Below the pieces are notes generated by a model. It saw nothing but the letters and a program-made list of their open reading frames with translations, was not told where the DNA came from and made no database searches. Of a stretch of DNA of 51,200 bases, positions 41,701 through 47,520 are shown piece after piece (within the stretch, counting starts at the first letter, position 1; each line of letters starts with the position of its first letter). The position numbers and the translations under genes were made by a program. The stretch is from a virus (Duplodnaviria > Heunggongvirae > Uroviricota > Caudoviricetes), in IMG/VR virus record IMGVR_UViG_3300042363_000209; one strand, written 5' to 3'.

Positions 41701-42279
41701 AGTAGACTTGTTCCAGGTAAACAAACTAAACAAGAATCTACACTTAGAGATTTTGTAACTAAAGATGGTCCTTCAATTAGTGAGGTGGCTCATTCTATTT
41801 GGGAAGGTTTAGATGAAACATTACAATCTAAAATTGATGACCAAGATATTAGAAATGAATTAAATGATGTAATTAGTTCTACCATCAAACGTTTAGAAGC
41901 TGCTAAAACTTATGTTGATAGATATGCTACACCAGACGATTTCTTTAGAGTGGCTGCTCCAGTAAAAGTTGCTGAGAAGAAACTTGAAGAGAGGAAGATT
42001 GTTATTAATGGTCAGGCTTATACAGAAAGAGGTGACAACTTATATAAGAATAATGAACTGGTTAAGAACCAAAGAGTTATGGAGATATATGCTGTTAGAA
42101 AAGAAATTCAATCTGGTAAGATTAAGATCACTACATACGGTGATGCTAACTATTTTGTTCTTTCAGACAATAAGATTGTATCTAGTGCAAAAGCTACATT
42201 AGGTCAAGAGGCTAAGTTGTCAGAAGAAATTAAAAAAATGATTTTAGATAAAGCTGTTAAATATAAGAAAACCTGTTAA
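29794..42279 (+). CDS. Giant virion-associated DNA-dependent RNA polymerase (phi14:2 gp66-like) with zincin-like domain
   Basis: 4161 aa; catalytic GSDFDIDK (DFDID at 39016-39030, D3075-D3079), upstream GFRIPTQ and ETDGGG motifs; HEVFH at 34918-34932. Confidence 0.88.
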   Translation: MPDNVNKSLTEQSLDRDRPLNLGGVIQGFPTTPIVEGNFQMAPQQGTGGKITLQDLWNNTPVSFPGGRVPVAQLPYSSIYIGDRYKSSRPYEDSEELYARGQSTASKFANGIMKMVGTGSTAFLSGTAGLVYGAGDAIFNTHKFSSVWNNQLNQGLDEVNKKLEDALPNYYTHVEQDSEWWQSSNLLTANFFSDKLIKNFGYSLGALAGGMAWSKVLSGIGAINGVVKAGKGLEAVQAVESAMSQVPKLQKLGAFENALSSLAQKYVKSPIASVINNGERVTTAFMGTMGEASMEALQNANSFRKNAIDDYIKQNGYGPSGADLEKIEEFTERVGNFSWGMNVALLTGTNYIQLPKILGSSRKADKLLINEITKDAETGLFSAYKPTTKVGRILSGTKGVAGLLFSPSEAFEEGSQFAIQTGTQDFFNRAYRDPKSTSDFMSDLTGALGNISTYGIEQAFNTKEGIENMLIGGLSGGLQQAGFVGTYKDKEGKTKFGIGKSGEIGERGVFGTGGERAANTDIAVRALNQTKLSDILKDRIKYVGIALNSQKLRQEAIRANDTLAEKDFEHDFVLSYVMPRTKYGREASVQQELSLYQSQATTTEGYNELITSGIANGNESKEQFINRIENLKKISKSVSNLYESLNDRYENAVDEQGKKKYSDYAIDKMVYAAAKINNYDERIPLVNAKLVQNGINTLAVLQSMIGEQAPNAEATKNALDQINNLKSPEGLDVPKELKDTLKGDLIDVMELAERRRKFINEYDAIKESPDDYEDLIDEEEDDNVALIKQLEKNQGDKRARTISKEVEVGKEYSLIDPFRREGSQLQLAPKMTVLSKTLGGEYEVKLPNGETTFLTPNEFKDYKVTDSDNTDQGYADILDTAIDKVLSKAKYNGITIPEGEDKIAYINSLNNSDLARDIQKEFNTQSEAYTKIKAEENAALEDENLADELIEITNPDNTEEIADNENEAGDDSRKPDRVVISGSIASKKIPGYQRSVEFANKFYNIPENVRKNLYAVFVTAKNQAKLIPGLVEYLAGENAADATKIADVEKRREYSFSEELGVKKKEDGKIAGLYVPNQGEPERIVGSSIEDVTKKINAKYNAELAKLGKSKVDINTTIAAVIVEKQPDGTSRLVGADGKILEAGQNPLENAIFQVMPLEGLKWSGEFNDETMFRDDTNKEQYKAIYAKRREKILANEDLVQRGFDVSFGIVQDKIDNTTPVKAAGFVTDSQLEDGAVLTIPTTGVDVLAKGTTSFNKPQGMVFLDQPNGYVRLYTSKLTNKQANAIYDVLLSLSQSMMKNKGITDEAESMINWLRTTLQWGSPKEGKQPGKNSVWFAKDAERKTDRLRLNFGAAKIDMSFKPSVLKQQKDSIIEELLKLNHNVNKKQTEDVNETYTEITGVSTDGKLETKEWQNYQTYLLSSEGRSEEDIPLTTKADAIADSENGINRDGNYFIMKDFEDDEEFAPTPKKTVKKTAAPAARKSGLDTFGFKIASTGDVENVDYRINTDQSVTITDSESNNTVFEKLANDELTLEKFKAKYDELYEEGKFAVTSDELENVDIVKQVAQERIEDSLAQKAAIEEQEAKQQRALAMLQAMDADRGLGEEEEAPEEEVVPEVADKSAARALRNKMLRGNKNYDARVRLNELIKNFKGEDWAKVEEWLNTNLPGLPVTRVKTILRNTNGKQFWGAYKDGAIYVYNNAESGTVYHEVFHAVFEMMTSPKERATLRDEFRRRKGSFVDRPTGETIKYSEATDDQIKEQLPEEFKEYIEDGTVPPKPTEGRSGILGVFQDLIDIIKKFFSRKDVNFYTEELFKKINTGGFRTFSPNANTLSLATKGITDIDELVLTGEYDPSLVTAGLTPDVINDIMQEMTYGTLGTLSAEGKDLFEIENLDKKDLFQKLKANLDKIIYDDLVEMANASVEDGTYTQDDVDPILADAKALRDIITNKWDVITKKFEEEYLSSYSVKFDQNDEDEIRNEEKTGKEGTYSSPDKVDSFRKASAAVKLFLATVPVKNPDGSNRASSIGGVNLVPMGKVYIDILNNVSGAVGIDDMLEKFRLFTQDNPQYKILYSRLTNKLDNNLKLNPFQNIKTDGQLRMIDAFFKTFNLQKPDVKTTYILANGEVSVGDTSLASVADQVASQIEDNIIDAIKDGKFFGFNGKSFVQKRKDLMNVPTGRLEDNIDFMADLGVIFDADEIKKRNLDARFIVITTGIRDSLLEVTATKELNGKTLGINGRLRELGEIQAMIENPDFQTTYFNIDGDQVQSYIGQNLMSDFYNVINSVTNKEQLRSTKFSYLLTDKFSGFSVLMDRIFNSKTGDKKQGANKLLKVGYTGGVINEMTGKDRASGSLLYSERLVEELNLNLKGFYMNLVPGDSSLGWTLALGNSISYAEVLKGNSKIQSIFKGYLDAEIAVSREKRKGLPDVKGRKSTDLRFFKGILGQDLHDKVVKLIQDNKNLTIDEVYDYFTNEDTNVNSIEVAIDKYIETDINARIKNYTTQGLISERQKGVYFIKNIEFKNKTNLNLDQLKNNIKMLSVNYMINNIELHKLIYSDPYLYEDELKRLKNFSSPAQDLISGSKDYNNAQNKISNEDYMKGDIGYTDETKDSLSSVVFDDVDVVEGLPGYKGHVETDGGGIIMMKANRRVRKRAGNWNKYEEKQYRYDVAWEKRDKGLDLSDKEEALLEGDNPKVASAYTPLKPIARGRKANNKKYNDIMLDKFALYVYSYRILKQINPTSNALKMYDKMQKGNVDYGVFRSGRKVGAEKTIALYNANGTFNSTPVAKNEITEVPFGILAIQSDVPSKDDEKVRRGTQVTKLVTLDFLDAGLPSDFMPDDTLEERVAAWKEMTEEQKMKNPTYRMVRHNDNLVKQITDNKYQSLLKQIGYKDGKLNLQSLGKYLRKQVIKGNTNENILKAVDSLIAGNQDIEATPAYQQIVNTLYSIAQNTFAAPKMTGGMKVQISSAMLESVRAEVKEINGKKTYASSVLKFYRNAEGERVCEVMVRKWFKTDMSDEELLKYLNTTDEGKKLLSGVGFRIPTQKQNSIDRFVVAKFLPQEFGDSIVVPSALVEKAGSDFDIDKLSIYLKNVYIDKDGMPRYIPYFGENEAEAKRAISKFLIANKLSKIGTVEVGEDVDEDEEFYGSDVDKFYTKSIENEYIASMEDLISSEQNFARLIKPNSAKLLKDLSKKIVIKKFGKEFDYTNTSNLLNQTFMSTIRDAFVRGKYAIGIAAQAQTNHALNQRDVVIVDHRKYVVPEDASWLGDKKVKFSKYNKFKIGNDVFPLLSRVKDANNEHDISDIIGMFIDGYVDIAKGPWIMELGANPTVAPTWLFLVKIGVPIEEVANFMNQPIINDYLKELQNLGSAFLFSREAINKVRINAKYRVGDSGYTIKDGIIPSGKELSALVGKTALNDKEKLQQAFMLNEFLKYSKMAEHLFRVTQATKFDTANINNPYTIYRMDDAIITNSPSEYSTNLIGSATGNILENSFIGDLRNKYSGIKDVYAQAIVSEKKENAQAIQELLFNRYKRLGDRKFSKLARRIVNNIFDFSVQTLDEYNMAIGDSLVNVNNTAKQIAEFVKQVRDNENHDLHNNLIINSFQYQPSQLEGGADSIKLTGKDNKTYDQNQIIYAFAQLKDYLKANNNYDLYKGLITLSIVQSGLNNSAISFTGFIPYEDFRERYSEPMSRLNTTTIGKFAEVDAFERNNWNNPDVVSFKRPKMVYNEDGFAFSDLKGTITIQHEELQAAMERGEFPQMLNIPVKDRAARKDFLVYTWEVGTAEEKQKLKEAGDFSYIKKGLFKKVYDEQASPSVPLRYGKAKNFIYKQINAWGDGQRANEFYDHARVSQINNGFDPVEFEKADYEIAGYINEDKIQKEIRQGYQTDPTEEELQANFENSLMEDEDNFTYEEEIPEEIVPSQGVQTSDMTPQAIYKLVNRMDDATDATGLALRYIAGGGKIGEESLYKEVTAKRDSRLVPGKQTKQESTLRDFVTKDGPSISEVAHSIWEGLDETLQSKIDDQDIRNELNDVISSTIKRLEAAKTYVDRYATPDDFFRVAAPVKVAEKKLEERKIVINGQAYTERGDNLYKNNELVKNQRVMEIYAVRKEIQSGKIKITTYGDANYFVLSDNKIVSSAKATLGQEAKLSEEIKKMILDKAVKYKKTC

Positions 42280-42280
42280 T

Positions 42281-45200
42281 ATGCCTTGTAAAATAGAGAT
42301 TAGAAAAACAATTGATAATAGTATCGCTGTTAAAACAGATAACAACTTTCAGGGATTTTCTGAAAAGTCAGCAAGAGCTATTGCAGTATCATTAAATAAA
42401 CTATGGGGTAGTATTGCTACTATTGCACAAAGTACAGGTAGGGGTAGTTACATGGTGATTACTTCTAGATTACAAGAAGCTGTTGATAGAGAATTTGACA
42501 GACAACAAAAAGCTGAGGCAGAGTTTGAAAGAGACTTGTCATTCTTTAATGATGATAGAGCTTTATATGAACAGGAAGAAAAAGAAACTCAATTTCAAAA
42601 GCAATCTAAAGAAGGTATACTAGCTTCTGAAAAGACTCTTAGATATTTATCTAGTAAACTTTCTAATAGAATAGGTGTACCTGTTAAGATTATTTTTGAT
42701 GAGTCTCAAGATTTTAAAGGTAAACTTACAGACAATGTTGCTGTAGTTAACTTAGCTTATGCTACATTAGATACACCTGTGCATGAAATTATTGCACATC
42801 CTGTTATTAGAGCAATTAGAACTACTAACCCTACATTATACAAGAACCTTCTTAAAGAATTAAATAGTGGTACAGGAAAAGAAGTATTAAATAGAATCAA
42901 AGAATCATATGGTGAAGATAGTGGATATGATTTAGAAGATCAACAAGAAGAAGCTATTGTAGAATTGTTAGGTATGCAAACTGCTGATAAACTTGATGGT
43001 AAAAAAGATCAAGGATTGATAGCGTCATTGCAAAAACTACTTAATGAAATAAAAGAATTCTTAAAAAGTTTACTTGGAGTTGATGGGGTGTATGTAGAGA
43101 ACTTAGATGAGAATGCTACTATTGGAGATTTAGTTGACTTAATTGCAAATAATGAAAGTAAGATTAAGATTCCTAAATATGATTCATTATTTGCTCCAGG
43201 AGAAGAAGTGTTGCAACAAAATCAAAGTAGTATTAGTCAATATACTCCTGCTCAAGCAGCTATTGCAAATAAGATTAGTGTAGATGATGAATCTTTAACT
43301 AAGGTGGACAGAAAGTCTGTAGACAGTAAAGGTAAAGAAATCATCAAGCAAATCTATGTAAGAACTACTGGTGAAGGAAAGAAAGATGTAGCTAACAGGG
43401 TTACGGATATTGTTAGACAAAGATCTAAAGATAAAGGCTTTGATGAAGAGAACCTCACTACAGAAGAAAGAAACTATAATGCTTTTAAAAGAGATGTAGG
43501 TATTGACAAACACCAAGTGTTTGAAGATATCCATGGTAGATACTATGATGAGAATGGTGTAAAAAGAACAGCACCTTTATCACGTCCTGAATTTACAAGC
43601 AAAGAAGAAGAAGAGGTTTATATTAAATTAGAAACATACTTTGTAGAAAAGACTGATAGATTCCCTGAGGGTACAATCTTTTTAGCAGAGAAGAAACTAT
43701 ACGATCCTACTACAGACACTGCAGGTACAACTGACTTAATTGCTATTGAACCTGATGGTACAACCAGCATCCTTGACTGGAAGTTTGGTACTGTAAGTAA
43801 AGATGCTGAAGATATTGCATGGTATAAGCAAGATGCATATAATGTTCAATTGGGACAATATAAAAGCATGCTTAGTAATATATACGGAGTTACAAAGTTC
43901 CGTGAACTAAAAGCTATTCCTATTCTTCTTAGAATTAAATCTCAAAATAAGAGGGATGGTAGTGTTGCACACAAACTAACTGGTATTAATATTGGTTCTG
44001 CAGACCCTACCAAAATTACTAGTCTTCTACTAACTCCTATTTCTGAGCAAACAGAATCTACTGGAGATGCTGTAGTTGATGAACAGATTGCTAAATTAAA
44101 CAGTCTTGCTGAACGTATTAGCGATGAGAATAGTGATGAAGAAAACTATGAACTTAAAGTAGAAAGACTTAATGTAATTAGAAAAGCAGTTAGACTTATT
44201 CAAGGACAGAATAACCTGTCTGGTATTATTGATGTTATTCAAACATTAAGAAACCAAGGAGCTAGAATCTTAGATGATTATAATGCAATCTATAAAGATA
44301 GACCTGCAGATAGCGAAGATTCTACAAATAAAGAGCTATCTGAATTCTCTAGACAAATGAGAGAGTACATAGATGCTGCAGACATGTTTGATAGAATTGA
44401 AGTGCAACTTGGTGATCGTATCTATTCAGATGAATTAGCAGAAGATATAGAAGAAGATGATGAGGAAGGACAAGCATATCTTCAAGAGTTAAGAGATGTA
44501 TTGTCTGACTTAACTAAACAATCTGGTGAAATCTATTTAGCTAAAACTGAAATTAAGAAGATTATATTAGAGTTTGCTGATAAGCATATTGGAGAAAGAA
44601 ACTTAGTGCTTGGGTTAACTGAACCAGAAGCTATTCCTAAAGGACTTGCTGCAGGATTTAAAGAAGCTGTAAATTTTGGTGTTAGATCAATTAACATTAT
44701 GGCTAAACTTAATACAACTGCTAGAACAGCTGCTAAAGCTGCTGCTGAAGCAGGGGTTGATAAGTTGATGAACATTAGAAAAAGACTGGTAGCTAGAGGT
44801 GATACAGAGCAAATTATAAAAAAGATATTTAAGAAAGATCAAAAAGGTGATACAGTTAACAAGTTAGTTAATAAGTATGACCCTGCATTTAGAGAAGCAT
44901 TTAGAGATAATGCTGCTTCTGAAAACAAAAAATGGTTAGAAGAAAACATTGATCTTGATAGAGTTAGAAAAGAATCTGAACCAATTTTAAATAGAAAGAT
45001 TGCTCGTATTGAGAACTTTTATAAAAATGATGAAGAGAAAAAAGAGAATGCTATTTTAAGAGTTGAGCGTATTTGGGATGTAGATAATCCTGAGTTCAAT
45101 GGTTGGAAACAAAACTATTTGTTACAGAAGTATCCTCAAGCTAAATGGTACTCACAAGAATATAAAGCTGTCCTAGCTGACCCAGAATTAAAAGAACTAT

Positions 45201-47380
45201 ATGAATATGTAGAACAATTAAACCAAGAAGCAGGGGCTGTAGGATTTATTGAGAAGAGAATAATGGATAGCTTCTTACCATTTGTAAGAAAGTCAGTTGC
45301 TGAAAAGGTGATTGAGGGTAATGTATTTGCCCCTGTTCAAAATTTCTACAACAGTCTTCAAATGAATCCAGATGATGTAGGGTATGGTAAGTTTGATGAA
45401 ATCACTGGTAAACTAGTGAACGCTATTCCTAAATACTATACATACGACTTTACTAGAAAAGCAGATGGTCCTAATGATTACTCTGATGTAAGCTTTGATT
45501 TGTTTGCTAACTTAATCTTGTATACGCAAGAGGTTGAGAAGTATAAGTATTTAACTGAGATTGAAGATCAGATTAGTATGTTAAGAACCGTAGAAGAGTT
45601 CAAGACACACCACATTGCTACAGGTAGAGCTGGTAATATCATCATGGAGAATAATCAACCTAAGTTGGTTAGAGGTAATGAAGACATTATTAAAGACTTT
45701 GACTTGTTTACAAGATCATTATTCTATGAACAAAAGTATGTAATGTCAGATGTTGATACTCCTGTGGGTATAAACAAAGCTGTAGTTAACATTAAGAAAC
45801 TAATTAACAAGGTTGCTGGTAAAGAAATTGTATCTATTAACGAAGGAGATGACAGACCTACATCATTAGTTAAACTAATGGATGCTGCCAACAGAGCTTT
45901 TGTGTTAAAGACATTATCATTAGATCCATTACCTGGTGTTGTGAACTTATTAGGTTCTCAATTTCAAATCTCTGCACAGTCTGGAAACTACTTCACTGCA
46001 AGAGAGGTTCTTAAGAATGAAGGTATATTATTAGGACATAGATTGTTTAAGTCTAAGGATGACAGAGAAATGTTTGCTCAATTAATCAATGCTTTTGTTC
46101 CAATGAAAGAAGACCCTTCTTATGAAAAGTTTAAGAAGTCAAGTGTAGTTAAAGGAGGAATGCTTTTAAATGGAAATAACATTGGTGATTTCTTAATGAT
46201 TGCTTTTAGAAAACCAGAACAATTGGTTGAGAAGTCTATCTTTTTAACATTGTTAGACAATTCAATGATAGAGAATGGAAAAATAGTTAACATTAGAAAG
46301 TTCGTTAAGGCTAAATATAATGATCGTTATGATAGTTCTGGAAATTGGGAAAAGTCAAAAGGTAAAATAGATGCTGAGATTGAACAATTGAAGAAGACTC
46401 GTTCTATCACAAACACTATGAAACTTGAGAATGGTAAGTTAGTTATCCCTGGTCTTGATTTAAATAACAAAAAAGAGTTAGATAGACTAAGTAGATTGAC
46501 TAAGAATACTACCAACAGAGCTATAGGTAGCGTATCACAAGAAAGTATTACCAAGATGGACATGTCTATTTGGACTAAAAGCATGATGGTATTTAAGAAG
46601 TGGATTTATCCATTGCTTGAAACACGTTTCTCTGGTATACATAAATTAGGAGCTGATGACTTTGATATAACAATTGATAGTAGCGGAACCTTAGAAGGAG
46701 AGCAATATGATTTAGGTAGAGCTAATTTATTCCTTGGATTAATGTATGATTCAATTAAAGAGGGACAATTAAACATTAAAAATATATTACAAGTAAATGA
46801 ATCTGGTGTTAAAAAACTAGATGATTTATATGAGTATTATACTCAACAATACTATAAAAAGACTGGACAGAAACTAAACATGAACAAAGATGACTTCAAA
46901 GACATGATTAGACAAAACGTCCAAAGCTCTCTTAAGGAGATTAGTTACATAATAGCTTTAACAGCTGCTGCGTTTGCTTTAGGTATGTTTGCTCCAGATG
47001 ATGATGAAGATAAAGCTACTAAGAACAGACATAGATATTACTTAAGAACACTAGATAAGATTAAAGATGAGATTACATTCTTCTATAATCCTAATGAAAT
47101 TAGAAACTTAGCAGCAGGTGGTATCTTCCCAGCAATTGCTGTGGTTACTGATGCTTTAAAATTCTTCACCCATTTATCTGAACAAATTACAGGTATGCCT
47201 ATTTCAGGTAAGAAGGATAGAACTCGTGAACAGGTTAGAAAAGATGCTATGCCAGTTAAGGATTTCTTAAAGAGTTTTGTTCCAGGAGGTAAAACTGTAT
47301 TAACCTTTGGAGCCGTCCTTAGTGAAGACTGGGCTAAAGAATTTGACATCACTGTTCAACCTAAAAATACCGTAAGATAA
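42281..47380 (+). CDS. Large virion cargo protein with zincin-like and PD-(D/E)xK (RecB/Cas4-like) nuclease domains
   Basis: 1699 aa; HEIIAH 42782-42799 with downstream EEAIVE; GTTD...ILDWK (43733-43783) plus QLGQY; hydrophobic segment near C-terminus. Confidence 0.65.
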   Translation: MPCKIEIRKTIDNSIAVKTDNNFQGFSEKSARAIAVSLNKLWGSIATIAQSTGRGSYMVITSRLQEAVDREFDRQQKAEAEFERDLSFFNDDRALYEQEEKETQFQKQSKEGILASEKTLRYLSSKLSNRIGVPVKIIFDESQDFKGKLTDNVAVVNLAYATLDTPVHEIIAHPVIRAIRTTNPTLYKNLLKELNSGTGKEVLNRIKESYGEDSGYDLEDQQEEAIVELLGMQTADKLDGKKDQGLIASLQKLLNEIKEFLKSLLGVDGVYVENLDENATIGDLVDLIANNESKIKIPKYDSLFAPGEEVLQQNQSSISQYTPAQAAIANKISVDDESLTKVDRKSVDSKGKEIIKQIYVRTTGEGKKDVANRVTDIVRQRSKDKGFDEENLTTEERNYNAFKRDVGIDKHQVFEDIHGRYYDENGVKRTAPLSRPEFTSKEEEEVYIKLETYFVEKTDRFPEGTIFLAEKKLYDPTTDTAGTTDLIAIEPDGTTSILDWKFGTVSKDAEDIAWYKQDAYNVQLGQYKSMLSNIYGVTKFRELKAIPILLRIKSQNKRDGSVAHKLTGINIGSADPTKITSLLLTPISEQTESTGDAVVDEQIAKLNSLAERISDENSDEENYELKVERLNVIRKAVRLIQGQNNLSGIIDVIQTLRNQGARILDDYNAIYKDRPADSEDSTNKELSEFSRQMREYIDAADMFDRIEVQLGDRIYSDELAEDIEEDDEEGQAYLQELRDVLSDLTKQSGEIYLAKTEIKKIILEFADKHIGERNLVLGLTEPEAIPKGLAAGFKEAVNFGVRSINIMAKLNTTARTAAKAAAEAGVDKLMNIRKRLVARGDTEQIIKKIFKKDQKGDTVNKLVNKYDPAFREAFRDNAASENKKWLEENIDLDRVRKESEPILNRKIARIENFYKNDEEKKENAILRVERIWDVDNPEFNGWKQNYLLQKYPQAKWYSQEYKAVLADPELKELYEYVEQLNQEAGAVGFIEKRIMDSFLPFVRKSVAEKVIEGNVFAPVQNFYNSLQMNPDDVGYGKFDEITGKLVNAIPKYYTYDFTRKADGPNDYSDVSFDLFANLILYTQEVEKYKYLTEIEDQISMLRTVEEFKTHHIATGRAGNIIMENNQPKLVRGNEDIIKDFDLFTRSLFYEQKYVMSDVDTPVGINKAVVNIKKLINKVAGKEIVSINEGDDRPTSLVKLMDAANRAFVLKTLSLDPLPGVVNLLGSQFQISAQSGNYFTAREVLKNEGILLGHRLFKSKDDREMFAQLINAFVPMKEDPSYEKFKKSSVVKGGMLLNGNNIGDFLMIAFRKPEQLVEKSIFLTLLDNSMIENGKIVNIRKFVKAKYNDRYDSSGNWEKSKGKIDAEIEQLKKTRSITNTMKLENGKLVIPGLDLNNKKELDRLSRLTKNTTNRAIGSVSQESITKMDMSIWTKSMMVFKKWIYPLLETRFSGIHKLGADDFDITIDSSGTLEGEQYDLGRANLFLGLMYDSIKEGQLNIKNILQVNESGVKKLDDLYEYYTQQYYKKTGQKLNMNKDDFKDMIRQNVQSSLKEISYIIALTAAAFALGMFAPDDDEDKATKNRHRYYLRTLDKIKDEITFFYNPNEIRNLAAGGIFPAIAVVTDALKFFTHLSEQITGMPISGKKDRTREQVRKDAMPVKDFLKSFVPGGKTVLTFGAVLSEDWAKEFDITVQPKNTVR

Positions 47381-47407
47381 ATGCTATATTATATAGCATA
47401 GTTTTTT
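47381..47407 (+). terminator. Terminator-like palindrome after the cargo cluster
   Basis: ATGCTATAT-T-ATATAGCAT 47381-47399 then AGTTTTTT; AT-rich so weak. Confidence 0.5.
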
Positions 47408-47415
47408 ACAACTCA

Positions 47416-47444
47416 TTGAAATTAAATAATTTTAGCTATTTTTG
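47416..47444 (+). promoter_or_regulatory. Bacteroidota-type promoter candidate for second fibre cluster
   Basis: TTG 47416-47418, 18-nt spacer, TATTTTTG 47437-47444 (perfect TAnnTTTG). Confidence 0.55.
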
Positions 47445-47520
47445 TACCTATAGGCACAAGCTATTTCAAAGCTATGTGCCTATTTGTATATCAATAGATT
47501 ACACATAATACAACTTTACT

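Noticed and set aside
29794-42279. Intein or group I intron in the RNAP (common in crAss-like phages)
   Set aside because: No intein terminal motifs (C/S...HN-C/S/T) or LAGLIDADG/HNH motifs recognised, and the ORF is uninterrupted.
1445-47352. Numerous 60-140-aa minus-strand or off-frame ORFs inside large genes
   Set aside because: Fully overlapped by well-supported + strand genes; no recognisable motifs or start contexts.
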